Virus record (IMG/VR): IMGVR_UViG_3300033463_000089
Coordinates: 10,707-74,706 of that record
Source of the DNA: a virus
Length of the DNA stretch: 64,000 nucleotides
Reading direction: 5' to 3' (one strand)
Shown: piece after piece, positions 1 to 10,189 of the stretch
Layout of the letters: each line of letters opens with the position of its first letter
Numbering within the stretch: position 1 is the first letter of the stretch
The notes under the pieces: model-generated
The model's input: the letters and a program-made list of their open reading frames with translations, nothing else
Told to the model about the DNA's origin: nothing
Databases searched by the model: none
Position numbers and translations under genes: made by a program

Positions 1-2250
1 ACCATCCATATCTGGGACATATTACACGGCATCGACGTCTATAAGAACGTCGTGGTGGAATGGCGTGAGCCCGAGCTGCTAAACGGACTTCGTGATAACG
101 ACGAGCTGTATCTGCCGGAGGTCTATGAGCCTGCAAGCGGCTTCGATGCAAGCGACACCGATACCAACCCGACAATAGGAACCAACGGACTTGCAATCGA
201 GTTCAAGGCAGCCTCGTCTGGCACTTATAGCTATAATGTGTACCCGTCTGGTTGCGCCGTATGCAGAATAGACACAATACAGAACATCGGCGGCCCATAT
301 ACAAAGAAACTCGTTGTCTTTGCGCTTGAAGAGGGTCTGACATATATAACTGTACGTTGCGACAGTGCTTCCGGAAACTCATGGTCTTCGCGCTTCATTC
401 TGCGTGTAGGACAAGCAGCGGCAGACACGCCTACGTTACAGTCGCCCGATATTTCCTTCTCTGATTTTTATTTCAAAGCTACATCAAGAGATCATGAGGG
501 TCGCTGTCCTATCCTCACAAATACAAGGTACCTTCCTGTTACGTATTCTTCATCCAACACTTCTGTGGCTACCGTAGACCGGACAACCGGGGCCGTAACG
601 TTTGTTGGAAACGGCACAACAATTATTTCGGCAGCTTTTGCTGGCAATGATACATATTACGCCTTTACTGCACAATACAGACTTGATGTCGATGTTGAAT
701 GGGGTGTTCAAGAGTTTACTGCCAATGACAGTGATGGTGTGTATTATTATAAAGGTACTATCGAAGGAGTTACTAACCCGATATTCATGTATGATTCGCT
801 CGGTACTGGTGCAGTCGTTCTCTTTACAAATTCAGACGGAGATTCTTTGTATTGCTATGATGAATCAGAAGAAGAGTATTATCTTGACACCCAGAATACC
901 GTCGATTCAACGGCATTAGGAAATATAGAAACGGCTGTCATGGACGCCCTCTCCAGATATGAGGTAAGTGTGAGCGCACATACATCAACCAATAGCGTGC
1001 CGTCCGAATACCCATCAGCCTATATTCTCCCCATCCCGTCAAGTATGCAGCCTACCGAAATATCCAACTCTGCACCAGACGGCCTGTATTACCTTAAAGG
1101 TACTGTCGGTTCAGTCGGCAGAATAACCAACCCTGTATTCAGCCTCTCAAATGGAACAATCACGCTGTTTACAGACTCGGACGGTGCGGCTACCTATGTA
1201 TATGACGAAACTACGGGTGAAGTCACAGCCTCATCGTCTGTCGGCTCAACGAACTTAGAGTATGCAATATGGTCTATTTACTACACGCTGTTGAGTTATG
1301 TCAGTGGGGCGTCATTCAACCGCCAGACGTCCGTCGGCACACCTTCCGGCACACCGACGCACTTTATTAATAAGGTTACACCGACACTCAACGGCAGCAC
1401 CTCGCGCAACGTTGTTATCAACGACTATAATACTATCAGTGTTAACAATGATGCCGTTTACAGTGCCTTGTCATCTGATGACAGCATAGCATCGGTGGAG
1501 GCAGACGTTGGTAGTGCCTTCGTTACTGCCCTCGCAACGGGTACGGCAACCATTACCATCGTGACACTCACCGGAGAACAGTTCACTATCACCTACACCG
1601 TTACAGCAACACTACTGCCCTCGATAGACGGCAATACATCGCGTAGTTTGACGGTGGGTAATACTGACACTATCTCTGTCAACAACGGCACTATATCATC
1701 CGTCAGCGTCAGCCCAAGCTCGGGCACATTGACAGCCAATCTGTCTAACGGCTCCGTGGTTGTTACGGGCGTCGGTGCTGGCTCTGCCACCGTTACCATC
1801 ACGACAACGGACAACACCACACTCACGGTCACTTATACCGTATCGGCAGCAGCGTCTAACACGATAACCGCCTATAGCGGACAGCGCAACGTGTTTGCGT
1901 ATCTGAATAAGACGGTAACTGTTGATGCAGGTATTCCGTTAACAGTTGAAAATCCGATTGTGTACATTGATAATGACGGGTATGTATATGCAGTGTCAGA
2001 CAATAGTAATTATCTCCTAAAATATAACACAAGTAGCAATCAGGTTGAGCAAGGCCCATACTGTCCAAGCAGCAACAATTCTCGCCCCCAAATTATATGT
2101 GATGCTGCAGTAGCTGATTATGGAACTCTTGTCGAGAAGAATAACGATTACAGGAAATATTTCGCCACATCTAACGTCCTCGTCCTTTACTCTATCAGCT
2201 CGTCACAGGGACAAGCCAACCCCGGAGGTAACGCTGGCGGCGGCGCTTAA
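1..2250 (+). CDS. Virion-associated protein with repeated bacterial Ig-like (Big_2-type) domains; 5' end cut by window edge
   Basis: Frame 1 is open from nt 1, and the ORF-track start at 52 is an internal GTG. Big_2-like signatures: SSSNTSVATVDRTTGAVTFVGNGTTIISAAFAG, SSDDSIASVEADVGSAFVTALATGTATITIVT and GSVVVTGVGAGSATVTITT. Confidence 0.6.
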   Translation, partial: TIHIWDILHGIDVYKNVVVEWREPELLNGLRDNDELYLPEVYEPASGFDASDTDTNPTIGTNGLAIEFKAASSGTYSYNVYPSGCAVCRIDTIQNIGGPYTKKLVVFALEEGLTYITVRCDSASGNSWSSRFILRVGQAAADTPTLQSPDISFSDFYFKATSRDHEGRCPILTNTRYLPVTYSSSNTSVATVDRTTGAVTFVGNGTTIISAAFAGNDTYYAFTAQYRLDVDVEWGVQEFTANDSDGVYYYKGTIEGVTNPIFMYDSLGTGAVVLFTNSDGDSLYCYDESEEEYYLDTQNTVDSTALGNIETAVMDALSRYEVSVSAHTSTNSVPSEYPSAYILPIPSSMQPTEISNSAPDGLYYLKGTVGSVGRITNPVFSLSNGTITLFTDSDGAATYVYDETTGEVTASSSVGSTNLEYAIWSIYYTLLSYVSGASFNRQTSVGTPSGTPTHFINKVTPTLNGSTSRNVVINDYNTISVNNDAVYSALSSDDSIASVEADVGSAFVTALATGTATITIVTLTGEQFTITYTVTATLLPSIDGNTSRSLTVGNTDTISVNNGTISSVSVSPSSGTLTANLSNGSVVVTGVGAGSATVTITTTDNTTLTVTYTVSAAASNTITAYSGQRNVFAYLNKTVTVDAGIPLTVENPIVYIDNDGYVYAVSDNSNYLLKYNTSSNQVEQGPYCPSSNNSRPQIICDAAVADYGTLVEKNNDYRKYFATSNVLVLYSISSSQGQANPGGNAGGGA

Positions 2251-2285
2251 ACAGGCTAACTCAAAACAACTAACATCATAAAGTT

Positions 2286-2882
2286 ATGAATACACTAACC
2301 CTTACCCTCAACAAAGAAAACATCATTTCTGCGGTCAAAGCTGATACCTACATCACAGGACGGGCTGACAAGTCAGTTGATGCAGTAAAGAACGCTGCCG
2401 TTGCCTACAACGAGCAGGCTGGTGACGATGCCTATCACGAAGTTAAGCTGTTCCGCACGCTCCGTGAAGCTCTCTCTAAGTTCGAGGCCAACCTCGCCGA
2501 GTACGTCGATACCTCAGACCCCAACGCACAGGTAACGAACACACTCAACAAGGACAACGAGACATTCACGGTCAGTATCACCGTAGGCTCTCGCTTCAAC
2601 AAGGCGTTTGCTCCTACGCTGTCTGCCCTCGCCGAAAGCTACATTATCAATATGATGCTGTACTCTTGGTGGCAGTCGCTCAAAACGTCTCTCGCCAAAG
2701 ACTACTACGGCTTTGCTAACGATTCACTCATCGCCGTGCAGCGTCTCTTGTCGAAGTCAGCACCATCGGTGTCTGCCAACAGCTATAACGCCCCGACTGG
2801 CGAGGTCGTTGATTCGTCGGCTTCGCAGACCTCCGGTAGCGACACGACCACCGAAGAGCAGACAGAAGTGACTAACCCCTAA
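2286..2882 (+). CDS. Structural-module protein, paralog family member 1 (function unknown)
   Basis: 198 aa. Shares VAYNEQAGDDAYHE and LSALAESYIINMMLYSWW motifs with the next gene. Tightly packed in the virion operon. Confidence 0.5.
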   Translation: MNTLTLTLNKENIISAVKADTYITGRADKSVDAVKNAAVAYNEQAGDDAYHEVKLFRTLREALSKFEANLAEYVDTSDPNAQVTNTLNKDNETFTVSITVGSRFNKAFAPTLSALAESYIINMMLYSWWQSLKTSLAKDYYGFANDSLIAVQRLLSKSAPSVSANSYNAPTGEVVDSSASQTSGSDTTTEEQTEVTNP

Positions 2883-2893
2883 CAATCTGACCT

Positions 2894-3670
2894 ATGTATA
2901 TCCGTCTAACCCTCATCAAGTCTCTCATCGTCGAGGCCATCAAGAATGAGACCTACCAACGTGGCAAGCTCGACAAGACACCTGCGGCCACGGGCACGCC
3001 CGGCAGCGCACAGGCTATCTCGCAGGCTTACCATGAGACAGCAGGCGACGAGACCTACCATGAGCGTATGATTGAGCGCTCCATCGTCTCTAACCTCGCC
3101 GACTTCAAGACACGTATCTCCGACTATCTCACCCAGACGGGACAGACAGCCGCGGATAACATCACGCAGACAACGGACGGCGATAACATCATCCTCACGC
3201 TCTCCGTGTCCGACCGCTTCAACACCTCGCACACCGACGACCTTGCGAAGCTGGCATCCGAGTATATCGTGAACGCCAGCCTTATGGACTGGTATCGCCC
3301 CATCGACGAGAAACGTTCTGCCCTCTATGCCTCATTCCTCGACCGAAACATTACTGCCGCACACCGATGCTTTACCAAAGTAGCCCCACAAGTCCCTTCG
3401 CCGGCCTATACAACCGGTCTCGACATCGACGGCTCTGCCATAGATATAGAGCCTGGAGAGGAAGCAACCGTAACCTACGCGCTATCGGATGGCGCTATAG
3501 ACGATATTGAGGCGCGTGTGGCTAACAAGTGTATCTGCACTATCGGACGTTCTGACGATGGCTTCACTATCAAGGGACGCAGACGCGGACACACGCTTGT
3601 GGAAATCTTCTCGCGTCACAACGACGAACTTTCGCGCACTATTCATGTATTCGTAACCGACCATAGCTAA
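2894..3670 (+). CDS. Structural-module protein, paralog family member 2 with C-terminal Ig-like segment
   Basis: 258 aa. QAYHETAGDETYHE and LAKLASEYIVNASLMDWY parallel the upstream gene. The C-terminus ATVTYALSDG...GHTLVEIFS looks Big_2-like. Confidence 0.5.
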   Translation: MYIRLTLIKSLIVEAIKNETYQRGKLDKTPAATGTPGSAQAISQAYHETAGDETYHERMIERSIVSNLADFKTRISDYLTQTGQTAADNITQTTDGDNIILTLSVSDRFNTSHTDDLAKLASEYIVNASLMDWYRPIDEKRSALYASFLDRNITAAHRCFTKVAPQVPSPAYTTGLDIDGSAIDIEPGEEATVTYALSDGAIDDIEARVANKCICTIGRSDDGFTIKGRRRGHTLVEIFSRHNDELSRTIHVFVTDHS

Positions 3671-3675
3671 ATATC

Positions 3676-4311
3676 ATGGATAAGGTAATACTTCACGAAC
3701 ACGGACGCTACCGCCCCGTCATGCCCGACCACCCCAAGCCGGACGACAACTGGCCGTATCACGGACACCCGACAACACCTTTCGACCCCGAGTTTGGTAT
3801 CAAGAACCCGAAAGTCGAAAGACATATCTTTGTGCGTCATGAGAACATCTTCTTTGCTATCGACGCGCAGTTAGGTATGATTGCCCGGGCACGACGCAAG
3901 CCGGACGGCACGGAAGATGAAACCATCGCCCATGCTACCGAGGCTTTCCGTCCCATGTTCTGCAGTTGGATAGATACACACATAGGCGAGGCAAAGACAA
4001 CCATGTCTGCCTTTGTCCTTGAACGTTTCCGCAAGGGGGTGGTGAACGACATCAAGGATTCCGAGGAAACGGACATCGCCTTACTCATGCCTAAGTGGTA
4101 CGACGATACAACCTTCAAGCAGCTAAAGGACGCCGTGAATAACTATGTCGTAGATGCAACGCTCTATGACTACTTCGCTATTACTTTGACTGCGAAAGAC
4201 CCCGTGACACAATCCAAGGAGGTGAGCAAAAACAACCTTCTCGGAGAGATTAAGAAGCTGGCTAACATGGCAAAGCCGGGTTCTGTCAAGAAGAAAATGA
4301 AACCATTCTGA
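3676..4311 (+). CDS. Structural-module protein, distant third member of the same family
   Basis: 211 aa. FKQLKDAVNNYVVDATLYDYF resembles the family C-terminal motif. The stop overlaps the next start (TGATG). Confidence 0.45.
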   Translation: MDKVILHEHGRYRPVMPDHPKPDDNWPYHGHPTTPFDPEFGIKNPKVERHIFVRHENIFFAIDAQLGMIARARRKPDGTEDETIAHATEAFRPMFCSWIDTHIGEAKTTMSAFVLERFRKGVVNDIKDSEETDIALLMPKWYDDTTFKQLKDAVNNYVVDATLYDYFAITLTAKDPVTQSKEVSKNNLLGEIKKLANMAKPGSVKKKMKPF

Positions 4312-4682
4312 TGAGAGACGTAGGACAAGATGTAAGGCGGAACCAAACCGCTTGTGTGAAGCTATCAAAGACCGTGCAGGGACTGATGGCAAACTGGACT
4401 GAGGACAATTTCGTGAACTTCCAAGAGACGATGGACCTCATACGAGAGGGTGCGCCCGTGCAGTGGGTAAAACTCTACATGGAAGCCGTCAAGATGGGTA
4501 TCATCAAGGAAACGAATGTCAATATCAATATCAACCGCCAGCAGGACCACGAAAACCTGCAGGCTCTCGTCCGCACACGAATACCTCAACTCCCCGAGTC
4601 TGGAACCTATACGCCTTACGAAGAGGTCAAGCCACAGGAATACGCTAAACTTACGGCCAACGACAAAACCAAAGAGCAATGA
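4311..4682 (+). CDS. Small structural-module protein (unknown function)
   Basis: 123 aa, translationally coupled on both sides (TGATG and ATGA overlaps). Residues about 33-70 are homologous to a gene remnant at 41839-41950. Confidence 0.45.
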   Translation: MRDVGQDVRRNQTACVKLSKTVQGLMANWTEDNFVNFQETMDLIREGAPVQWVKLYMEAVKMGIIKETNVNININRQQDHENLQALVRTRIPQLPESGTYTPYEEVKPQEYAKLTANDKTKEQ

Positions 4683-7207
4683 ACGAGAAACAGCAGCAGC
4701 TTACCTTTGAGAAGGGAATAACCACTATCCCCTCCGATTCTCTGTGTTCTGACAACGCCTTGGAGAACGAGACCAACCTTATCTATAGGGATGGTGAGCA
4801 TCATGTTATCCAATCGCCAGAGTATGAATTTGGCATTAACGGTACTCTGTTGTTTGTTCACAAGCTGCCCGGTGGTGGGGAGAAATATATCTATGAGGGT
4901 GCTAACGCTGATACTAACAACGCCTATCATCTGTTCATCTACGGCTCCCCTAATAGTATCGGCGGTAGTGCTCACACCAACAACTTAACTCCCAAGGATG
5001 TAACAGCCATCGGCAAGACGCTCATCGTGAACATGAGCGGGGACATCAAGTATTTCTTGTGGAACGGGACGGGGTATAAGAGCCTGGGAAAGATTAAGGA
5101 GCCCGATACGATGCAGTTTATTGTCGCCAACGATGGAGAGATAGGCGAGGCGGCCCCGTATTCTTCCGATCAATACAATACATATAATTATGGGCGTGCA
5201 GCATACGTCGTAAATCAGAAAGAATATGATAATCTGGTACTCGGTCTTTATAGCAAACTGGTTAAGAAAGCCGCCGAGAACAAGCGTTTCGTCAAGCCCT
5301 TTGTGATACGTTACGCCGTAGAGCTGTACGACGGTTCCTATACCTGTATCTCAAATCCCATCATCTGCTATGCAGGCGTGAGGTGTAATGCCCGTGCCGT
5401 GAGAAACGCAAGCGACGGAAATGCGGTATCAACATCCATGTTTCTGAGGACATTTCAACTGCGGTTCTTAGCCAAGTACGACTACACCGACTACCAGGAC
5501 ATCGTAAAAGATGTTGTTGTCTTCATGTCCGAGGGCGTCAACCTTTATAATCTTGCTACAAGTCAGACTATGATAGCGAAATGGAACGATAACGAATCTG
5601 GTATCTATGCTGATGAAGTTAGCGGAAACGTATATTCTTCTTATGACTGGAACTACTATCCTATTCGAAATGATGCCAATTTTCAACCGCTAACCCCTGC
5701 AGGAGAGAAAGCCATCGAGGACGGTCTGAAAGGTGCAAGCAACTTCTACAAGATAGCAGAGCTTGGCATGAAACAGGACACCGACGAATATAAGGATATA
5801 GACGAGTACATTGACACCAATATTCTGACTAACCTCACATCGCAGGAGAGGCTGACGCAGGACTACTTCACGCACAGCGTCATATCGAGCGACGAGATGC
5901 TGACGTACAACAACCGACTGCTGCTTACCAATGCCAAGCGCAGTTTCTTTAGCGGCTTCAAGTTCTTCTCGGCGTGGGGTGCTGGAAATATCAGCGCGTA
6001 CAAGATTTATGTCTATATCAAAACAGATTCCGGCGACCGCGTCGTATGCAGCGGCGAATGGCGGACAATGCGTAATATAGGACACTACATCTACTATCCG
6101 GACCCGAGAGCGTATAAAGCCGTCATATTCAAGAACGGTTCCTATTACGGAACGGTCAAGTTAAAAGAGCATCCCGGCCTGAACGGCGCGTATTACTATA
6201 GCGGCTTGCCTCGCGATTATTCCACAGGAACATCATTCGCGCCGCCGACAGAAGAAACTACACCTACTGAGCCGACGGTCAGCAACGAGCCGGAAACGCT
6301 TGTCGGGCGTATCTATGTGTCCGAGGTCAACAACCCGTTTACCTTTACCTCTCGCGGCGACATCACCGTGGGCAACGGTAAGATACTCGGTGCCGCGGCT
6401 TTGACGCAGGCCCTTTCACAAGGTCAGTTCGGTCAGTACCCGCTCATCGCGTTTTGTACTGATGGCATCTGGGCACTCTCGGTTAATAGTGAAGGTGTGT
6501 TTACGTCTGTTCATCCCATGTCGCGCGAGGTGGCCTTGGAGAGTAACCCGTGCATCACGCAGACGGACGGAGCGATATTCTTTGTCTCTAAGAAGGGATT
6601 GATGGTTGTTGTAGGTAACGATGTAAGATGTGTATCAGAACAGCTTAGTGGAAAGAGTGTCATCAACTTCGATGCTTATTTCTCCAATTGTATGATAGCC
6701 TATGACTACCGCGACTCTCTCCTTTGGATATTCAACGCTGACTATAATTCCCAGTATGCACTCGTCTACTCAATTAAGACGGGTACGTTTGCGTGGAAAA
6801 AGCTCGATTCAGAAGAGGCGAATAATGTCATCAACAATTACCCGGACTATCTCATACAGGACAATGTAGGTTCTGTTTACTCTCTGTATCATAGGGTTGC
6901 ACCAGTCAACGACACAATACCCTATAACGCTTCAATCAAGACACGCCCCATGAAGCTGGAGAATGCCTTGGCCTTGAAGTCCATCATGCAGATAAGACAT
7001 ATCTATGATTTCTACAAATATGCAACCATAGGTCTAAAGATTGAAGCGTCCAACAATATGAGAGAATGGGAAACGCTTCGTTCTCTCGGTGGAACACCTT
7101 GGAAGTACTACCGCTTCACATATAACTTTGATGGACTACAGGCCGCTGATACCTTCTCCGGCTCAATACTCATAACACAAGAACGCAGAACGAACAAGCT
7201 GAGATAA
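4679..7207 (+). CDS. Large virion structural protein (842 aa, unassigned; tail/baseplate- or portal-sized)
   Basis: Last and largest gene of the + strand structural operon. ATGA coupling to the upstream gene. No motif I can name. Followed by a hairpin. Confidence 0.55.
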   Translation: MNEKQQQLTFEKGITTIPSDSLCSDNALENETNLIYRDGEHHVIQSPEYEFGINGTLLFVHKLPGGGEKYIYEGANADTNNAYHLFIYGSPNSIGGSAHTNNLTPKDVTAIGKTLIVNMSGDIKYFLWNGTGYKSLGKIKEPDTMQFIVANDGEIGEAAPYSSDQYNTYNYGRAAYVVNQKEYDNLVLGLYSKLVKKAAENKRFVKPFVIRYAVELYDGSYTCISNPIICYAGVRCNARAVRNASDGNAVSTSMFLRTFQLRFLAKYDYTDYQDIVKDVVVFMSEGVNLYNLATSQTMIAKWNDNESGIYADEVSGNVYSSYDWNYYPIRNDANFQPLTPAGEKAIEDGLKGASNFYKIAELGMKQDTDEYKDIDEYIDTNILTNLTSQERLTQDYFTHSVISSDEMLTYNNRLLLTNAKRSFFSGFKFFSAWGAGNISAYKIYVYIKTDSGDRVVCSGEWRTMRNIGHYIYYPDPRAYKAVIFKNGSYYGTVKLKEHPGLNGAYYYSGLPRDYSTGTSFAPPTEETTPTEPTVSNEPETLVGRIYVSEVNNPFTFTSRGDITVGNGKILGAAALTQALSQGQFGQYPLIAFCTDGIWALSVNSEGVFTSVHPMSREVALESNPCITQTDGAIFFVSKKGLMVVVGNDVRCVSEQLSGKSVINFDAYFSNCMIAYDYRDSLLWIFNADYNSQYALVYSIKTGTFAWKKLDSEEANNVINNYPDYLIQDNVGSVYSLYHRVAPVNDTIPYNASIKTRPMKLENALALKSIMQIRHIYDFYKYATIGLKIEASNNMREWETLRSLGGTPWKYYRFTYNFDGLQAADTFSGSILITQERRTNKLR

Positions 7208-7212
7208 AAAAG

Positions 7213-7240
7213 CGGGGAAAAGAAAAATCCCCCGACTTTC
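7213..7240 (+). terminator. Weak hairpin terminator after the structural operon
   Basis: GGGGA (7214-7218) pairs with TCCCC (7228-7232), followed by a CTTTC-rich tail. Confidence 0.35.
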
Positions 7241-7398
7241 ATTCATAATGTAGCACCACCCACTTTACAAACGATTGCCACGTAGCAGCACGTCGGGGGA
7301 GATAAGTCCCGTTAAGCTGTTACGCGGCATTGTCGTCGTTATGGATGGTGCGGGTGCAAAGGTAATGAATTAAATCGAATCAACCAAAATTTGCACTT

Positions 7399-7641
7399 AT
7401 GAAAGTGGTCGAAATCTTGAAATTAGGTAGAAATTGGCTGGAATTGCTGCAAGATTCCTGCATTAAAGTCACCGATGTGCGTTTCCTGGATATGTACGAA
7501 GAGTATCTTTCCATGACTGACGAAGGACTAAAGATGTCGTATATCTCCGCCTGCCTCTCAGAGAAGTTCCGTATCTCTGAGCGTCAGTTCTTCTATCTCA
7601 TCAAACGTCTCTCGCAGGACTGCAAAATCGTTGCAGTGTGA
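7399..7641 (+). CDS. Small HTH protein, possible Mor-like late transcription activator
   Basis: 80 aa. The C-terminal half ISACLSEKFRISERQFFYLIKRL reads as a helix-turn-helix. The Mor-like resemblance is from memory only. Confidence 0.4.
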   Translation: MKVVEILKLGRNWLELLQDSCIKVTDVRFLDMYEEYLSMTDEGLKMSYISACLSEKFRISERQFFYLIKRLSQDCKIVAV

Positions 7642-7678
7642 ATTTCCCGTTTGTTGCCTCACCTTTGTTTCTATTGCC

Positions 7679-7686
7679 TATCTTTG
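7679..7686 (+). promoter_or_regulatory. Bacteroidota-type -7 promoter box TATCTTTG inside conserved 22-nt box GCCTATCTTTGCCCCTGTCAAT
   Basis: Matches TAnnTTTG. Lies about 60 nt upstream of the 7747 start. A near-identical box occurs at 42935-42955 and 41381-41401. Confidence 0.5.
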
Positions 7687-7746
7687 CCCCTGTCAATGCG
7701 CATGGCAAGGTAACTTATTTATTCACTCTCTAACACAAGAACAATT

Positions 7747-8292
7747 ATGGCATTAGACATGAACGATTTGGCTGCTTTGAAGAGTATGGGAATGTCGCCC
7801 TACGAGCAGTTCAAGACACAGCACATGCAGGCTAAGTCTCACACCTCCGGCATCGGAGTTACAGGACTTGTAACGGGTATCGTCGGCACGGTAGCAGGCG
7901 TGACGGCATGGATTTTCGCCCCGTTGTATAGCAACGCCAAGGCTTCGCAGGCCAAGGAAGCTGCCATCGCCGCCAAGGAGATTGCCGCTATCCAGAACGG
8001 TGCTACCCAGCGTCAACTCGACCAGCTCACTTCTCTGTTTGCAGCCGAGCGTCAGGAGCGTATCAACGGCGACATCACGCTTAACGCTACCATCAACGAC
8101 TCTGTAAGCGGTTCTCAGCAGGGACAGCTTACCGCTACACAGCAGGCAGAACTCGCCGCCTCGCAGGTGGCTACGCAGACCGTTATGACAGGCTTGATGA
8201 CAGGCAAGTATTCTGAGAACCCTCAGAAGGTTGCGCTCTATCGTGACGCCCAGCCTTGCAACTGCCCCAATAGTTGCGGCTGCATGGGTTAA
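7747..8292 (+). CDS. Membrane-anchored Gln/Ala-rich protein with C-terminal Cys cluster
   Basis: 181 aa. Hydrophobic helix GIGVTGLVTGIVGTVAGVTAWIFAPLY, coiled-coil-like middle, C-terminus PCNCPNSCGCMG. Confidence 0.5.
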   Translation: MALDMNDLAALKSMGMSPYEQFKTQHMQAKSHTSGIGVTGLVTGIVGTVAGVTAWIFAPLYSNAKASQAKEAAIAAKEIAAIQNGATQRQLDQLTSLFAAERQERINGDITLNATINDSVSGSQQGQLTATQQAELAASQVATQTVMTGLMTGKYSENPQKVALYRDAQPCNCPNSCGCMG

Positions 8293-8377
8293 GCGGTAAT
8301 TTTGGGAGGAATCCGCTTAATGTTTAGGAAACTATACAAACAAGCGGGTTCCAACCTTCTTAAAATCTAACACGGCA

Positions 8378-8731
8378 ATGTTATGGTTCAACACGAAAAA
8401 GAAACAGAAGATGGAGTTTATACAGAATTATGTGCCAACGAGTAAGGCGCAGTTGCTTCAAGTGGCAATGTACTTCAACAACGGGGATATGAAGAAGGCG
8501 CAGGAAATGTTCGACTTCTATTCAAAGAATCTCAACATCCCAGACTTCGACCCCGTATCGCCCAGCTTCATGCAGCAGGTAAAGACGGGCGCAAACGACT
8601 TATTCTCATGGATAAAAGAGAATCAAAGTGACATCATCAACGGCTATCAGTTCATTCAGTCCGTCATTCAGAACCGTGGAGTGATACCGCCCGTGACGGA
8701 GGAAGTGCCGTTGGAGCCTATTAACGACTAA
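8378..8731 (+). CDS. Hypothetical protein (117 aa; alternative start ATG 8411)
   Basis: Clean ORF in the operon. No recognisable motif. Confidence 0.45.
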   Translation: MLWFNTKKKQKMEFIQNYVPTSKAQLLQVAMYFNNGDMKKAQEMFDFYSKNLNIPDFDPVSPSFMQQVKTGANDLFSWIKENQSDIINGYQFIQSVIQNRGVIPPVTEEVPLEPIND

Positions 8732-8793
8732 TCAAAGATTTCACGGATTTCAAAAATATCAAACTTTTCACTGTCAAACTTTTCAAATTTATC

Positions 8794-8997
8794 ATGGAAA
8801 TCAAGAACATATCTTTCAATATCTACGCCAGCTCTGACGAAGAAGCGGAACGTGGCAGACAAGCTATCGTCAAGTTCATCAACATCATGGGACAGCACGG
8901 GGCGAGAGTAACTGGCAACAAGATCGCCGAAGCCGTGAGCAAGCTGAACTCCAATTCGTTTGTCACAAGCCAGATAATCAAATTCTTCAAAGGTTAA
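8794..8997 (+). CDS. Hypothetical small protein (67 aa)
   Basis: ORF in the same orientation with protein-like composition. Confidence 0.4.
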   Translation: MEIKNISFNIYASSDEEAERGRQAIVKFINIMGQHGARVTGNKIAEAVSKLNSNSFVTSQIIKFFKG

Positions 8998-9055
8998 AAA
9001 GGAATCAGAAATGACTTCCTTCCCACAAAAAGGAACGAAATAAAGGAATAGAACT

Positions 9056-9304
9056 ATGGAACAGGAACAGAAACAATTCAAATGTACGGGCGACTGCACC
9101 AAGTGCCACCCGGTACAACGTCAGTACTGCTCATCGCAGAAAGGCTACGACAACCAACGGCTATTGCTCGACCTCATGGGAGCCGTAGAGGAACTGAAAG
9201 CCAAGATAGAGGCCATACAGGACAATGAAGCCTTGGTGTTCGTGCCGGAAGAAAAATCGGAAATTCCGACTTTACCTACAGCGCAAGAAGGGGACGGCGC
9301 ATAG
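9056..9304 (+). CDS. Small protein with N-terminal Cys cluster
   Basis: 82 aa. FKCTGDCTKCHPVQRQYCSSQ followed by a coiled-coil-like helix. Confidence 0.45.
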   Translation: MEQEQKQFKCTGDCTKCHPVQRQYCSSQKGYDNQRLLLDLMGAVEELKAKIEAIQDNEALVFVPEEKSEIPTLPTAQEGDGA

Positions 9305-9347
9305 AATAGACTCCCCGAAATAACTAACAACACAAAAACTAAACTTT

Positions 9348-9797
9348 ATGAATGGTAACAATGGAAAGACATTCGTGGTCTCATTGACTACGGTGCCCGG
9401 CGGTACTGCCGCCAACGCCAACTATCTGCTGGCACTCGACCACTACACATGTGGAAACCGCAAGCTCTGCACGCAGGGCGAAATGTTCCCCGTCACGGCT
9501 GACCTAAAGGCAACGGCACTCGGTACTCCCGTAGATGTGGGCAACGGCTCGTTCTGCCAAGAGGTGCTTATCTCCGGCACTTGCACCTATATGCCCTACA
9601 AGTGCGGCTGTCAGTGCGGCGTCTGTCCTCAGACGGAAAACATCTATTGCGTGGTGTGTGTGCCCTGCTCGTCTAACGCTACGCCGACGCTTGCCATCGG
9701 TAACTCGGTAGCCTCTCCGACCAACGTACAGCCTTGCTGCAACGTGACTAACTGCATCGCCGTGACTACGACGCTGAACGTAACGACTGGAGCTTGA
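9348..9797 (+). CDS. Cysteine-rich protein (14 Cys in 149 aa)
   Basis: Dense Cys pattern YKCGCQCGVCPQTENIYCVVCVPC ... QPCCNVTNC. ATGA overlap with the next gene. Confidence 0.5.
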   Translation: MNGNNGKTFVVSLTTVPGGTAANANYLLALDHYTCGNRKLCTQGEMFPVTADLKATALGTPVDVGNGSFCQEVLISGTCTYMPYKCGCQCGVCPQTENIYCVVCVPCSSNATPTLAIGNSVASPTNVQPCCNVTNCIAVTTTLNVTTGA

Positions 9798-10189
9798 TGA
9801 ACTGGATAGATATTGCGAGTATAGTGTTCGTCTGTGTGACGGCAAACCATCTCGGACTGATAGGGACAATAGAGGAAATAATGGGGAAAATTCCCCTATT
9901 TAAGAAGTATGTTCCAAAATGGAACCACCTGCCTATTATCAGTTGCCCAAGGTGCTTTACACTCTGGTCTGTCCTCGCATACGGATTGTGGTCAGTCGGT
10001 TTTTCCGACATACCGCTGATACTCGCAGTATCTTTCCTCGCAAGCTATACCGCGATATGGCTTGAACTGCTTGAAGGATATATCGACACATTATACATGA
10101 AGCTATATGGGAAGATTACATCAGACAACACAGACGACACGACTGCCGCAGACCCCGACAAGGGTAATTCCGCAGGCTCCGTGTCCTAA
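9794..10189 (+). CDS. Integral membrane protein with CxxC (DUF1360-like impression)
   Basis: 131 aa, three to four hydrophobic helices, ISCPRCFTLWSVLAYGLW motif. Confidence 0.5.
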   Translation: MMNWIDIASIVFVCVTANHLGLIGTIEEIMGKIPLFKKYVPKWNHLPIISCPRCFTLWSVLAYGLWSVGFSDIPLILAVSFLASYTAIWLELLEGYIDTLYMKLYGKITSDNTDDTTAADPDKGNSAGSVS

